From the NCBI RefSeq assembly GCF_006345805.1, contig NC_042998.1:132060001-132124000 (forward strand): 64,000 nucleotides of DNA, read 5' to 3'. A model generated the notes under the pieces. That model had not been told where the DNA came from. It was given only the letters and a program-made list of their open reading frames with translations, and did not search any database. Position 1 is the stretch's first letter. Every line of letters starts with the position of its first letter. A program made the position numbers and the translations under genes. This document shows positions 1 to 11,399 of the stretch, in pieces. This DNA is from Octopus sinensis. Its lineage: Eukaryota.

Positions 1-400
1 TCTTTCTCGCTGTCTGAATGCTTACACATATTGTTACAGTCTGCTTTTGAAGGGATATTTAGTAAGTCTTATGTCAGTCATGGAAAAAGCCACATTCCTA
101 GTTGGCGTGTGTTTTACACATATGATACTGTTTTTCCAAATCTATCAGCCATCACAAAATAATGTTGATAATGTAGTCCTAGAAACACTGTCTAAAAAAC
201 ATATGAAACACTTAAATGTCTTTCCACAGAAAACTTCCCAATTAGGGTTGATCTGAGATCCAACCGCACCAGTTTCAACAAGAGAGAATCGCTAGATGGT
301 CATGTGACATGTTTTAAAAGGCAGCTAATTTTTCGTCGAACGCTACGTATCCGAGCGTCTTTAAAAGATATTGAAGATGGTGTAATGAATTAGTATAATG

Positions 401-618
401 TACGAGGGGGTGCTGAAAAGTTCTTAGTTTTGGGTAAAAAAAAATACAGAAGGATAAGATAATTATGATTTTATTCAACATATTCTCCTCTCAGACTCAA
501 ACACTTATTGCAGCGATCCTTCAGTTTTTCTAAGCTCTGTAGAAGAACTGTAGAAGAATTCGGGATGTTGGGCCTCCAACCAGGCCTTTTGCAATACCCT
601 TTTCAGTACCACCTCGGT
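401..618. mobile_element. Tc1/mariner-type MITE (non-autonomous)
   Basis: Left end TACGAGGGGGTGCTGAAAAG (401-420). An imperfect inverted copy CTTTTCAGTACCACCTCGGT lies at ~599-618. TA-started TIRs of this form are typical of mariner. No coding capacity. Confidence 0.65.
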
Positions 619-1533
619 TAGCACCACTACCTGAATCTTTGATGCGATTAGCTGAGTGAATTTTATTCAGACCAGGTCTTCGGTTTTATGATAAATTTCT
701 CCCTTCCCTCACGAGTCTCAAAGGCTCTGAAAAGCATCTCAGGCATTACCTTTCCTCCTCTGACTAAACAATTAAAAACAAATGCTATATTCCTTCGAAA
801 AGAAACAAAAGACGTTATTTCGTTTAAATGCTGAAATGCTTTGTTAGGGCTTTTTTTTTTTTACCGATTTTGAATGTTTGCTCTTAAATATTCATGGAAT
901 ATCCAGAGTCACTTTTTGTTAAAGTTCACAACCAAAGCGGATTAAAGCAACACCATAATCTCCTTAAATTAATGATGAGGAAATATGAGAATGAGACTTG
1001 GGCACATTGGGTTCCTGGTAATGTCTGCTACGATCCATGTAAGTAGTAACCTAGTCTCAAAATCACAGCTCACTGAGGATAAATCAACAACAACAATAAC
1101 AACTGTATCAAAAACGCTGTAAAACACAAAATATAATAACTAGGCTAGATCAAGCAGAGAAGTTTTTAAAGGTCGAAAATATATAGGTAAATATATAACT
1201 TCAGCTATAGTGGATCACAACCAAATATTTCTTGTTTCTTTTCTCATTCTTCTCTGTTGTCTGTTGGCGGTGGTGGCTGTGCGACTGCTGCTGCTGCTGC
1301 TGCTACTGCTGCTATTGCTGTTGTTGTCGTTGTTGTTCTTGTTGCTTCCCAGATTGTTGCTGGAATCGGAATAGGTTAGATTTGCGGATAGACAAGCTGT
1401 ATCCGACTGGTAGCTCGTAGATTGTATATAAAGGTTATGAGGTTACTGAAAAACGCTGAAATAAACAAAACAAACAAGAGAATTTTAGATATCTCGAATT
1501 TTACAACAAAATATCAACATCAACCTGAGCATC

Positions 1534-1536
<3 letters not shown>

Positions 1537-1584
<48 letters not shown>

Positions 1585-1612
1585 ATTAATAATAATAATT
1601 ATTATTATTATA

Positions 1613-1672
<60 letters not shown>

Positions 1673-1689
1673 ATTAATAATAATAATTA

Positions 1690-1723
<34 letters not shown>

Positions 1724-1831
1724 TATTATTAATATTAATAATAATTATTATTATTATTATAATTATTATCATTATTATTATTATTATTATTATTGTTTTT
1801 CTTCTTCTTCTTCTTCTCCTTGCTGTTGTTA

Positions 1832-1862
<31 letters not shown>

Positions 1863-1950
1863 CGATGATGATGATGACGATGATGATGATGATGACGACG
1901 ATGATAATCCTATTATTATTATTATAATTATAATTATTATTATTATTATG
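1537..1950. repeat. Compound trinucleotide microsatellite (ATT)n/(CTT)n/(GAT)n
   Basis: Directly visible tandem triplets, which explain ORFs 1674-2000 and 1735-2007. Confidence 0.95.
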
Positions 1951-2357
1951 AAGTTGCAGTTGGCTAAACAAACTACACATTTGCTGTTCATATAACACAT
2001 GCATCATAAGTATGTATCTGTGTGTGATATCATTTCCATTTTATTAAACATCAAAATAACTAACGGTAAGATACTGCATAAACAAGCAACATTTAAATGT
2101 AAACATGCACGTGTATGTTTTAATATATGTGTGTGCATATATACATATATGTAAATGTATCTATGTAATTTATGTGTGCGAATGGATCTGTTATGAATCA
2201 GCAAATATATATCCTTTTCATATTAAAAATATTAGATATTTTAAGCATATAAGCACGTATCTGAGATCGAAAGAGAACGGCATCTTTACTAATGGGAATC
2301 GATCCACGCATCTATTGTTTCTCTATAGTGTATAGTGTGTGATTCTGTGTGTGTAAG

Positions 2358-2412
<55 letters not shown>

Positions 2413-2416
<4 letters not shown>

Positions 2417-2590
2417 ATTCAAACATAAAAACACAAAGAGAAAACACAACAACACGCGAGGACGTGGAACAAGTATAGTGTTATTAGACGCTCAGGAAAG
2501 GAGAGAAAGAGGAGGATTTAACGTTTCGAGCGGAGCTCTTCGTCAGAAAAATAGGAAAAGGAAAGATCCAAGGAAGGGAAGACGGTGATA
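2413..2590 (-). mobile_element. Penelope-like pseudo-LTR fragment, family A
   Basis: Same ~180-bp repeat as 23745-23925, 51680-51870 and 53465-53665. It abuts (TA)n and carries a hammerhead motif. Confidence 0.6.
2517..2549 (-). ncRNA. Minimal type I hammerhead ribozyme motif (canonical C3-G8)
   Basis: Minus strand reads TTT CTGACGA A GAGC-TCC-GCTC GAA ACGT T AAA: core, 4-bp helix II, palindromic helix III (ACGT), 3-bp helix I. Confidence 0.7.
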
Positions 2591-2605
2591 GATATATATA
2601 TATAT

Positions 2606-2651
<46 letters not shown>

Positions 2652-2967
2652 TTATATATATATATATTATATATATATATATAATTATTGAATATTTTGT
2701 ATAATTCACCTAAAAAGGTGAATTACTTGGTAAAATTATTAATTCATTAATCTTGCCCTATATTATTATTAAAAATATAATTTACTCCATGATCGAAACT
2801 ACAGTTTTTTCTGCGGGATAGGTCGTAAAGCACACGTGGGTATAAAAGATAAATATGTATCACATTCGGCTGTATATTTTGGGTAGTGCGGTTGAATATT
2901 ATTCATGCGATGACGCTCGATCGCGTACATATTTAATCCTAACACTTGCAAATTTATAACTCGGAGT

Positions 2968-3029
2968 ATCACACTGAGGAGAATAATAGGTAAATATAAT
3001 TTACTTTAAATTCGAAACGCGTCCGTGGT
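2968..3029 (+). ncRNA. Type I hammerhead ribozyme motif with long loop II
   Basis: ATCACA CTGAGGA GAAT..(25 nt)..ATTC GAA ACGCGT C CGTGGT. Helix I pairs except for the first base pair (A-C). Confidence 0.6.
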
Positions 3030-4194
3030 TAACCGAAGTCGTGTGGATTCATAATTTTTTTCTTTTTACCTACATAAAAAAGTGTGTTATTGTCTCGGAG
3101 ATTTTTATGGTAGTTGAAGAGACATTAGCGTCTATTCCTAATTCAGTACGTAGCGAGGTGACTTATTCCCGTGATGCATTTATTTCCGGTTCCCCCGACA
3201 GTACTAAATAAAGGAGTAGATACACCTGTAGAACTTTCTGACATTTATTTGTAGTTAACATATCGTTTTATTTTCGTCTCTATTTTTATTTCATTATTAT
3301 TTCATTTTTATTTCGTATTTGTTTATTTGCAATTCTTTATCCGTTATTCGTAATTTTTACTCGTATTTTTTTCGCTTTAAATTTTTTCCCCTAAACGTTT
3401 TATTCCTTAAATTTTCACTCCTTAAATTTTTAGATATTCAGTTACTATTTTTATTTATTATTTGTATTTTTATTCATTTGTATATGTTAAGTAAGATTAT
3501 ATTGAAGATATAGAGTATCATGGAGGTATATAAGAGGTAGGAGTAGAGAAAAATGTTGAGGAATCCAGACCTGAAGATTGGGAGTATGTCGACCCGATTA
3601 AGCATTGAAACGAGATACCTCGTATCTACTTAATACCGACGTACTTTCATGAAACACGTATAGTCTTATAAACGGAAAATACGGGATTCAGAACAGATAT
3701 AGTTAGTATAAGATTTAATATTTAGCATTTTATGGAGCGGTCGGGTATAAAATCTTTCAGTGTTGATTGAGTTGAAGGTGGTTCTGTCTCTGAAACTAAT
3801 TTTATATATACGAATTAAACATTGAGAGATGTTCATTTTAGTACATCTAATTTGAATTTCATTTTCCTGTGTATTCGGAAGTAATATTCCCTAATAATTA
3901 TATACTCCGCTTTGAATACTGAATTCAACTTGAGTTTGAAGAATCGCCGTATATATATATATATAATAGAAATATTAAAATTACTAAGTCTCTCTAAAAG
4001 AGAACAACCGCAGCGTTCCCGGAAAATAATAGTTATCGCCATACTAATATGGCATTCTTATAAAAATAAGAATAAAGTTGTCCGCTTATTAGCTCCATGA
4101 GGCCATCGCCTTAAGTTAGCTATTTGATACACAAACTGTATCCATATAACCTTCGAACAAGGGAGGTCAGTCGCTCCACACTACTTGACCGGCA

Positions 4195-4236
4195 GCTACA
4201 GACGCGTTTCGGGGTATTGCCCCTTTTCAATGTAGC
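4195..4236 (-). ncRNA. Hammerhead ribozyme motif, U3-A8 core variant
   Basis: Minus strand reads GCTACA TTGAAAA GGGG-CAATA-CCCC GAA ACGCGT C TGTAGC: 6-bp helix I, 4-bp helix II, palindromic helix III, GUC site. Confidence 0.75.
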
Positions 4237-4425
4237 GTAGTCAGACCAGTAGGTGTCGCTTCTGACAATCTCTGTTCGAAGGTTTTATTTACCTAGCTTC
4301 GGTGGAATACATCCACTTGTTTTCAATAATAGTAATTGAAAACAAGTGGATGTATTCCACCGAAGCTAGGTAAATAAAACCTTCGAACAGAGATTGTCAG
4401 AAGCGACACCTACTGGTCTGACTAC

Positions 4426-4467
4426 GCTACATTGAAAAGGGGCAATACCCCGAAACGCGTCTGTAAC
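4426..4467 (+). ncRNA. Hammerhead ribozyme motif, U3-A8 core variant (mirror copy)
   Basis: GCTACA TTGAAAA GGGG-CAATA-CCCC GAA ACGCGT C TGTAAC, with one helix I mismatch relative to the left-arm copy. Confidence 0.7.
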
Positions 4468-4739
4468 TGCCGGTCAAGTAGTGTGGAGCGACTGACCTCC
4501 TTGTTCGAAGGTTATATGGATACAGTTTGTGTATCAAATAGCTAACTTAAGGCGATGGCCTCATGGAGCTAATAAGCGGACAGCTTTATTCTTATTTTTA
4601 TAAGAATGCCATATTAGTATGGCGATAACTATTTTATATATATATATATATATATATACGGCGATTCTTCAAACTCAAGTTGAATTCAGTATTCAAAGCG
4701 GAGTATATTTTTAATATATTTATCATTGTTCCAGGTTAA

Positions 4740-5256
4740 CCCATTGCTTGCCATGAGCCTCATTTGGAGATCTGCTAAAAACAATCTCACTGCCCGTTGA
4801 TCGTTATATTTAAAGTGAATTGCTTTGTGTACATTGCATTTGAAGAGTTGTGTTTGACAATATTTAGTAGTTAAAGTTTGTCATTATTAGCTCTGGCTAA
4901 TTTGAGAGGACACTTTATGTCATAAATCGCAATTTTTGAACTACAAAAATATAGAGCGTTTTGAAAACTATTTTTTTTTTTTTTGCATTTCCCATCTATA
5001 TCATTCATTGATATTTCATACATATTCGCATTTGATAGTATAGTTTCAGAAAAACTAAAGTGTTTATTATTACAATTGAATAGCAAAGGATAAATATGCT
5101 TTTTTTCAACGATCCCCATTTGGGATTTTTCGAAAATTTTATAATTTCCAAAATAATTCACGTATGAAGAAAATTTAGATACTATATATTATATGAATTA
5201 CTAATAGACTTGGCAAAGCCAAAACATATGAATAAAAAAATTTGGCAGTTAATGGG
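4740..5256. mobile_element. piggyBac-like MITE
   Basis: TTAA at 4736-4739 and 5257-5260 flanks CCC...GGG ends. Imperfect TIRs CCCATTGCTTGCCA / CCCATTAACTGCCA. Confidence 0.5.
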
Positions 5257-5660
5257 TTAAACCGGTCCTTAATACAGAGCTGTATGTTGTTATCTGGCTG
5301 GTGATGCAAATACCATTCTGTGTCTTAGAATGAGGCTGTCAGTGGGTACATGCTACAGGCAAAGCTCAGAAAGGCTGAAAAGCGCATCTAGAGTTCTCAC
5401 CAACGCTGCTGTACTGTTTTCGCCTGCTACTGATTCTGTTGTGTTATTTAACACAGTTCATTCATAAGTGATAATGCCTCCAAATGAATACTGCAGTTAA
5501 TCTGGCCTTCCATGATGTATTTGCATTAAGTAAGATTCATTGATGGCTATTTTACTCTAATTCTGCTAACGTTGCAAATAGCCAATATATGTATAAGGGT
5601 GTGTGTGTGTATATAAAAATATGCGTGTGTATATATATATATATATATATAAACTTATGC

Positions 5661-5701
<41 letters not shown>

Positions 5702-5804
5702 TGCGTGTATATATATATAGTAATGGCAAGACAACAAAAGAACGAACGAGACCTCGTTATTATGTAAATAATTTTTTTTTTTCATAGCATATTTTAATTG
5801 CTTC

Positions 5805-5865
5805 GATGACTGAAGAGATGCCGGTGCAGGTTTCTGCCCCGACATCCGAAACTCAGAGTTTTATC
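5805..5865 (+). ncRNA. Hammerhead-like motif with extended helix II
   Basis: GATGA CTGAAGA GATG..long imperfect stem..CATC C GAA ACTC-A-GAGT T TTATC. There is one unpaired C before GAA. Confidence 0.5.
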
Positions 5866-5917
5866 ATGGCTACCGAATAATTGTTACATATTATATTACA
5901 AATGCATACATAGCAAT

Positions 5918-6140
5918 ATCTTTTATCTTTTGCTTGTTTCAGTCACTAGACTGCAGCCATGCTGCATTACCCCCTTGAAGAATTTTTAGACAAATCAATT
6001 GCCCCCAGTACTTTTTTAAGCATTGTATTTATTCTCTCGATCACTTTTGCCGAACAGCTAAGGTTGTGGGATGTAAGTACACCAACACCACTTGCCAAGC
6101 GATTGTGGGGGACAAATACAGGCACAAACATATACACACA
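5918..6140 (-). mobile_element. tRNA-derived SINE, 3' half (interrupted)
   Basis: Matches the 3' half of the intact SINE copies at 53870-54340 and 54405-54790. The 5' half resumes at 9658-9757. Confidence 0.75.
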
Positions 6141-6154
6141 CACACACAACACAG

Positions 6155-6235
<81 letters not shown>

Positions 6236-9134
6236 TGTTTCTTTATTAGCCACACAGGGCTGCACACAGATAGAACAAATTACAAGGTAGAGCTTTTCTT
6301 TTGAAGGTTTAAAAAAAAAATTAAAAAAAAAAAAAAGGAGGGGGAGTTTCGATCAAAGGGATCGTAAAAGGAGAGAAAGAGGACAAAAAAAGGGGGGGTT
6401 AAAAAAAAAAAAAAAAAAAAAAGGGGGAGAGGAAAAAAAAATTGATCAATAGGGATCGTTATCACAGAAATGTCAATATGAAGTGTAAAGGGGAGGACAG
6501 GTGAGGTTTACCCGTGGAAAGAAAAGCCTACGGAAAAGACCACGGTAACCTCGGTCAATGAAGTCACATTTTATATTTCTTTTTTTTTTTTTTTTTTCTT
6601 TTGCAAATAAGCAACTCTCTGTTTTCGATTTCTGGGTTCATAGGACTATGCTCAAGGTGGCTTCGTCATTCATACGTGCCATTCTTGCTACATTCACCCA
6701 TCTTTTTTTAAAACATTCGCTAGACAAAACTTGCCTCTCTACTCTCACTTTCCTTTTCAAGTGGTACTTGAAGAAGTTGATGAGAGATTGACCAGAGAGG
6801 AAAGTGTTTGTCTCCAATCCTTTCAGACGCGTCCACCAGATACATTCTTTCGCCATAGCCACAAGGATGATGAAAATAGCTCTTCCTTCCGTTTGAAGGA
6901 AGGAGGCGTGATAATATTGACGATAGACTCAGCTGATAAACCGACTCGTCCACACGTGACAGCAGTTGTTCGACATAAGCCCACAGGTCGGAATTGTTGG
7001 ACACTGCACGAGTGCGTGCAGAACGGTTTCGTCGCTCTGACCGCATCTCGGGCAGGTCGGCCCCGTGTTTCTCGAGCCGTGTCTGTAGAGCTTATCCCGA
7101 ACGGGTAGCGCTTCTCGGTAGCACTGCCAGGCCAGGGATCTTTGGAAGTTGTCCATGGGCCCTGGCCCGAAAGTCGTCCCGAACAGGCGGGTCAGGTACT
7201 CCTCGTCGACGTCCAGGTTCGCCCCGAGCTCGTCGTCGTACCTCCCCTCCACTAAACCCCTATAGAATGCTTTGGTTGTGTTGAAGTCACTTAAGGTCGA
7301 CCCAGGACGGCAGAGTTGCTTGAGAGCAACGCGACACTCGCGGTGCCATTCGCCCTTCCTCGGCCTCTTTTTGATCCACGACTGCATTCGGTCATGGAGA
7401 CGAGCTGCGGGAAAGCGTGCCTCACAACGGCGACCACACCTGTTCACCGTCGTCTACATAGAGCCAGAGATGTCGCAGTCTCAGCGCGTGTCTGCGCATC
7501 ATCAACCACGGCATGCCCAGCCCTCCTTTTAACGGGTGTTGACAGCAAATGGATCGCCTGACCATCGGGACGCATCCTTTCCACAAGAAGCGAAAGAGGA
7601 TGCGTTGTAGTTTGGTGATGGTAGGGTCGGGACAAGGTACGACGGTCAGGCGGTAGTAGATGACGGACGCGATGTACGTGTTCGCCACCTCCGCTCGACC
7701 TTTTAGGGACAGTTTCCTCTCGGCCCATTGCCGGGCGAGAGTGACCACCCTACTCGTTATCTCGTTCCAGTTCTTCTCCACTTGGAGGTCCGGACCGAAC
7801 CAGACCCCGAGCAACTCAACCGGGCCGTCGGTCCAGCGTCCCACGACGGAGGCGCTGGTGGACGGCATGGGCTTGCTTCTCCAGGTGCCTAGTCGCAAGC
7901 CCACTGACTTTTCCCGGTTGATTTTCGCTCCTGTCACCGCTTCGTAGTTTTTCAGTGTCTCGCCGACCAGCTCGATGTGCTCGTGGCTAGACACTATGAC
8001 GGTGACGTCGTCCGCGTATGCAGACACGCTCGTCCCGCATCCCAATTCTCGCGGGATGCCCCTTAGAGTCGCCAGCTTCCGCAGTAGTGGCTCAAGAGTC
8101 AATACGTATAGAAGCGCCGAGAGGGGGCATCCCTGACGGACCGAACGTGCAATGTCGAAAGGTCTCGATAGATGTCCATTTACGCGAATTACCGAACGGA
8201 TGCCTCTGTACAAGGCAGCTATCCAGCCGCGGAAGACGGGCCCGAAACCAGCCGCTCTCAGGACTGCATCCAAGTATCGATGGTCCACCCCATCAAAGGC
8301 TTTCGATTGATCCAAGTTGATCAGGGCCCCACCCATGCCAGGTTCGTTAACTACCCTGTCTATGATGTAGCGCATCAGATGGAGGTTGTCATGGATAGTC
8401 CGGCCTGGCACGGCGCATGTTTGCGCCCTGTCGACCAGTTTCTCGATGACAAGCGCCAGCCTCTTGGCTAGCACCTTGGCCATAATTTTCAAGTCTGCAT
8501 TAAGCAGAGTGATGGGCCTAAAGTTATCTATTACATTTCCCTTGTTTAGATCTTTCTTCAGCAGTGTTACGGCTCCTCGGCTCACAAAACCAGGAATGCT
8601 CCCGTTTTGCTGCCAGTTGCAGTACACGCCGCCAAGAGATCTCCAAACAAGTCTGGCATACAATTGTAAAGCTCGTAGGGTAGACCATCCAAACCCGGTG
8701 ATTTGTCCCTCGAGCATTCTGCCATCGCTTCCCGCACTTCCGCCGCCGTGATGGCACCTTCGCAGCACCCTGCCTTTCTTGTCGAGAGTCGCGGTAGGCT
8801 ATGTAGGTAGGCACTGAAGTCCACCCTACGTTCTTGCCCTCCACTCGTTCCGAACAGTCGGGCAAAATGCTGCTGAAAGGCCTCACACATTTTACTTGGC
8901 TCGAGCAATTCGCGCCCCTGTTCATCTACCAGTGACCGAATGGTGGCTTTGTTGCCCTGTTGCGCCTCTGCCACCCGGGCCTCTCTCGCGGCTCCAACAC
9001 CTTCGTTCCTTAGAGCACGCATCCTAGCTCTGACAGCACATCCTTCGTGTTTGGCGTTGAAGTGTTGGTCGAGGGCCAACCTCGCCGCCAAAACGTCGGA
9101 TGCGATGCCGCTTCTAATTGCCTCTTCTAGCTTC

Positions 9135-9135
<1 letters not shown>
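6236..9135 (-). mobile_element. Tx1/L1-clade non-LTR retrotransposon, 5'-truncated
   Basis: RT motifs KSPGLDGLP, NFRPITLLNADLKI, DQSKAFD, VRQGCPLS, YADDV. C-terminal Zn knuckle CPRCGQSDETVLHALVQCP. 3' UTR with AATAAA followed by a (TATC)n tail. Flanked by (GATA)n on both sides. Confidence 0.9.
6929..9135 (-). pseudogene. Frameshifted ORF2 (reverse transcriptase plus Zn knuckle) of the Tx1-like LINE
   Basis: Three overlapping frames (8582-9199, 7422-8768, 6929-7447) join into one ORF2 with about two frameshifts. The APE endonuclease is lost to truncation. Confidence 0.85.
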
Positions 9136-9167
<32 letters not shown>

Positions 9168-9492
9168 TGTTTCTTTATTAGCCACACAGGGCTGCACACA
9201 GACGGGACAAATTACAAGGTAGAGCTTTTCTTTTTGGGGATAAAAAAAATGGGGTTTGGTTTTCGATCAAAAGGGATCGTAAAAGGAAAAACAATGGGGA
9301 GGGGATAAATATAAAAGGAAAAAGAAAAAAATCGATCAATAGGGATCGTTATCACAGAAACGTCAATATAAAGTGTAAAGGGGAGGACAGGTGAGGTTTA
9401 CCCGTGGAAAGAAAAGCCTACGGAAAAGACCACGGTAACCGCAGTCAATGAAGTTACATGCTATATATATTTTTTACAAATAAGCAACTCTC

Positions 9493-9493
<1 letters not shown>
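9168..9493 (-). mobile_element. Second, heavily 5'-truncated copy of the Tx1-like LINE (3' UTR only)
   Basis: Aligns to 6236-6621 with differences in homopolymer tracts. (GATA)n on both sides. Confidence 0.9.
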
Positions 9494-9552
<59 letters not shown>

Positions 9553-9601
9553 GACAGACAGACAGCCAGGCAAACACAGACAGACAGACAGACAGACAGA
9601 C

Positions 9602-9657
<56 letters not shown>

Positions 9658-9658
<1 letters not shown>

Positions 9659-9757
9659 CGACGGGCTCCTTTTCAGTTTCCGTCTACCGCAGTGGGACTG
9701 AACCCGGAATTATGTGGTTGGGAAATAAACTTCTTACCACACAACGACGCGCACGTA
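9658..9757 (-). mobile_element. tRNA-derived SINE, 5' half (partner of 5918-6140)
   Basis: Minus strand reads ...GTGTGGTAAGAAG...CCACATAATTCCGGGTTCAGTCCCACTGCGGTAGACGGAAACTGAAAAGGAGCCCGTCGT, matching the head of the 54405 copy with an internal deletion. Confidence 0.75.
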
Positions 9758-11399
9758 TAAACAAGTGTGTGTGTGTGTGTATGTGTGTGTGTGTGTGTGA
9801 ATGTGTGTGTGTACAATTACAAACATACACATACATTTATATAGATACACACGCGCACAAACACACATACACATACACACCCTTCCTCCAACAGGACTTC
9901 TGCTTTATAATTTGAGGCAGACGTTCAGCTGTGCTTTCTCAACATTCAGTGAAATAAAACAAGGAAGGAAAGGAAAGAAAATTATAAATAAATAAATAAA
10001 TAAATAGTATTCTTTAAAAAACACAGTAGTCACTCGCCAGAAATTCCAGCGGATCGTCCATTAGTGTTTTGAGGTCAGCCACAGGTCAGCTTAATGTCAC
10101 CTTTGGGTCACTTTCCGTGGTGAGAGGGTGTGACTGAGAATGACAATAAGTTGAAAACAGCTTAGAACGAACGACTGATATTTTCTTTGAGTACCAACAA
10201 ATAGCTGGCAGACTGGCTGGATGCTGTTACTGTTATTGTTGTTGTTGTTGTTGCTGTTATTGTTGCTTCTGTTGTTCAGCCACAGATTCACTTTAATTGA
10301 GCAGACAAATTTATGATCAAACGTGATACGATCTTTTATCATCACGTCTATTTTCAAAGTTAGATTTAGTATAATTTTACTTGCCTTGCATATTATCAAA
10401 TATGCCCCTTTAAGACAGTAGGTCATGATTTGGTGATTTGGTAGGAATGTGGCTGCTTTTTTTTTTTTTTTTTTTTTTTTTTTAGCAGATCGAGTAATAA
10501 CGAATCGTTTCGTCAAAAAGATTTTTTTGGCCTCCAATCAGACCTTGCACCATTGTCTAGCGCGGACTGAAAAAGTGACCTAGCCATGACTATCCCGTCT
10601 TTAGAATAAGTGAGGTTCAGGTATATTGACTGTATCTACGTCAAACTGAGAATGTGATTTCAGAAAGATGGTTGTTTATTTTTGTAGACCAAACTATTCT
10701 GTGGCAATTCCTTCTTCGGCTCGGAATTTACCGAGAATTTTCTTTAATTCTCAAGAACATTACGAAGGACTCTTTTTCATTACAGACACAATCACTTTCT
10801 GGTTTCCATTTCCAGTATATTCCTATCATTTAGGCCACTGGTTTTTACTTTACTTTTTTTCTTTTTTTCAGTTTTTATTCTACTGTTTCTGTGACAGGAA
10901 CGACTTCCTCCCTTATATCCTTTTTAGTCAAATACAAATACTTTTCGATCTTTTCTTGTTTACATTGGTTTGTTTTTCTCTATAATGGGCACAGCTATTG
11001 TTGTATGAATAACGAATTCGATTAGCAACCATATAGATCCGCTTTCTAAACATACCGCGCGAGTTTGGTAAAGTGCTTCTGTTTTTCCACCACAGTTTGG
11101 TCTGCGGGGAACTGTGGGAAATATCGTCTGTTTGTGTGTGTGCTTGTGCATGTGCGTGTGTATGCTTCTACTGGTGTAAATAATTCGTGGTATTTATGAC
11201 GCCAAAATAATTCCCTAAAAGAGATATACCCAAAACGATGGCTTAGCCATTCCATAAATATATATCAATAAAATGTGTACCAGTCTAAGAACTGCGGTCG
11301 ATATAATTGACTAAAACCCTTGAAAAATGGTGTCCCCGAATGGCTGCAATTCAAGGACTGGAAGCAAAATAAGACAAAATGATTGCCATGCCTATATTT

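Larger units (their letters stand above)
3900..4708. repeat. Long inverted repeat (palindrome)
   Basis: Arms 4028-4327 and 4335-4633 with a 7-nt spacer; two substitutions and one indel noticed. Outer arms 3900-3965 and ~4636-4708, with ~60 unmatched nt on the left. Confidence 0.95.

Noticed and set aside
1370-1455. Minus-strand acceptor followed by FFSNLITFIYNLRATSRIQLVYPQI*
   Set aside because: Too short, with no homology recognised, so it cannot be supported as a terminal exon.
6994-9140. Plus-strand ORFs of 66-125 aa over the Tx1 element (also over Dong and CR1)
   Set aside because: Antisense shadows of GC-richer LINE coding sequence.
10495-10545. Minus-strand CTGATTGGAGGCC...GACGAAACGATTCGTT hammerhead-like string
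   Set aside because: The core does not match CUGANGA and helices I and II pair poorly.
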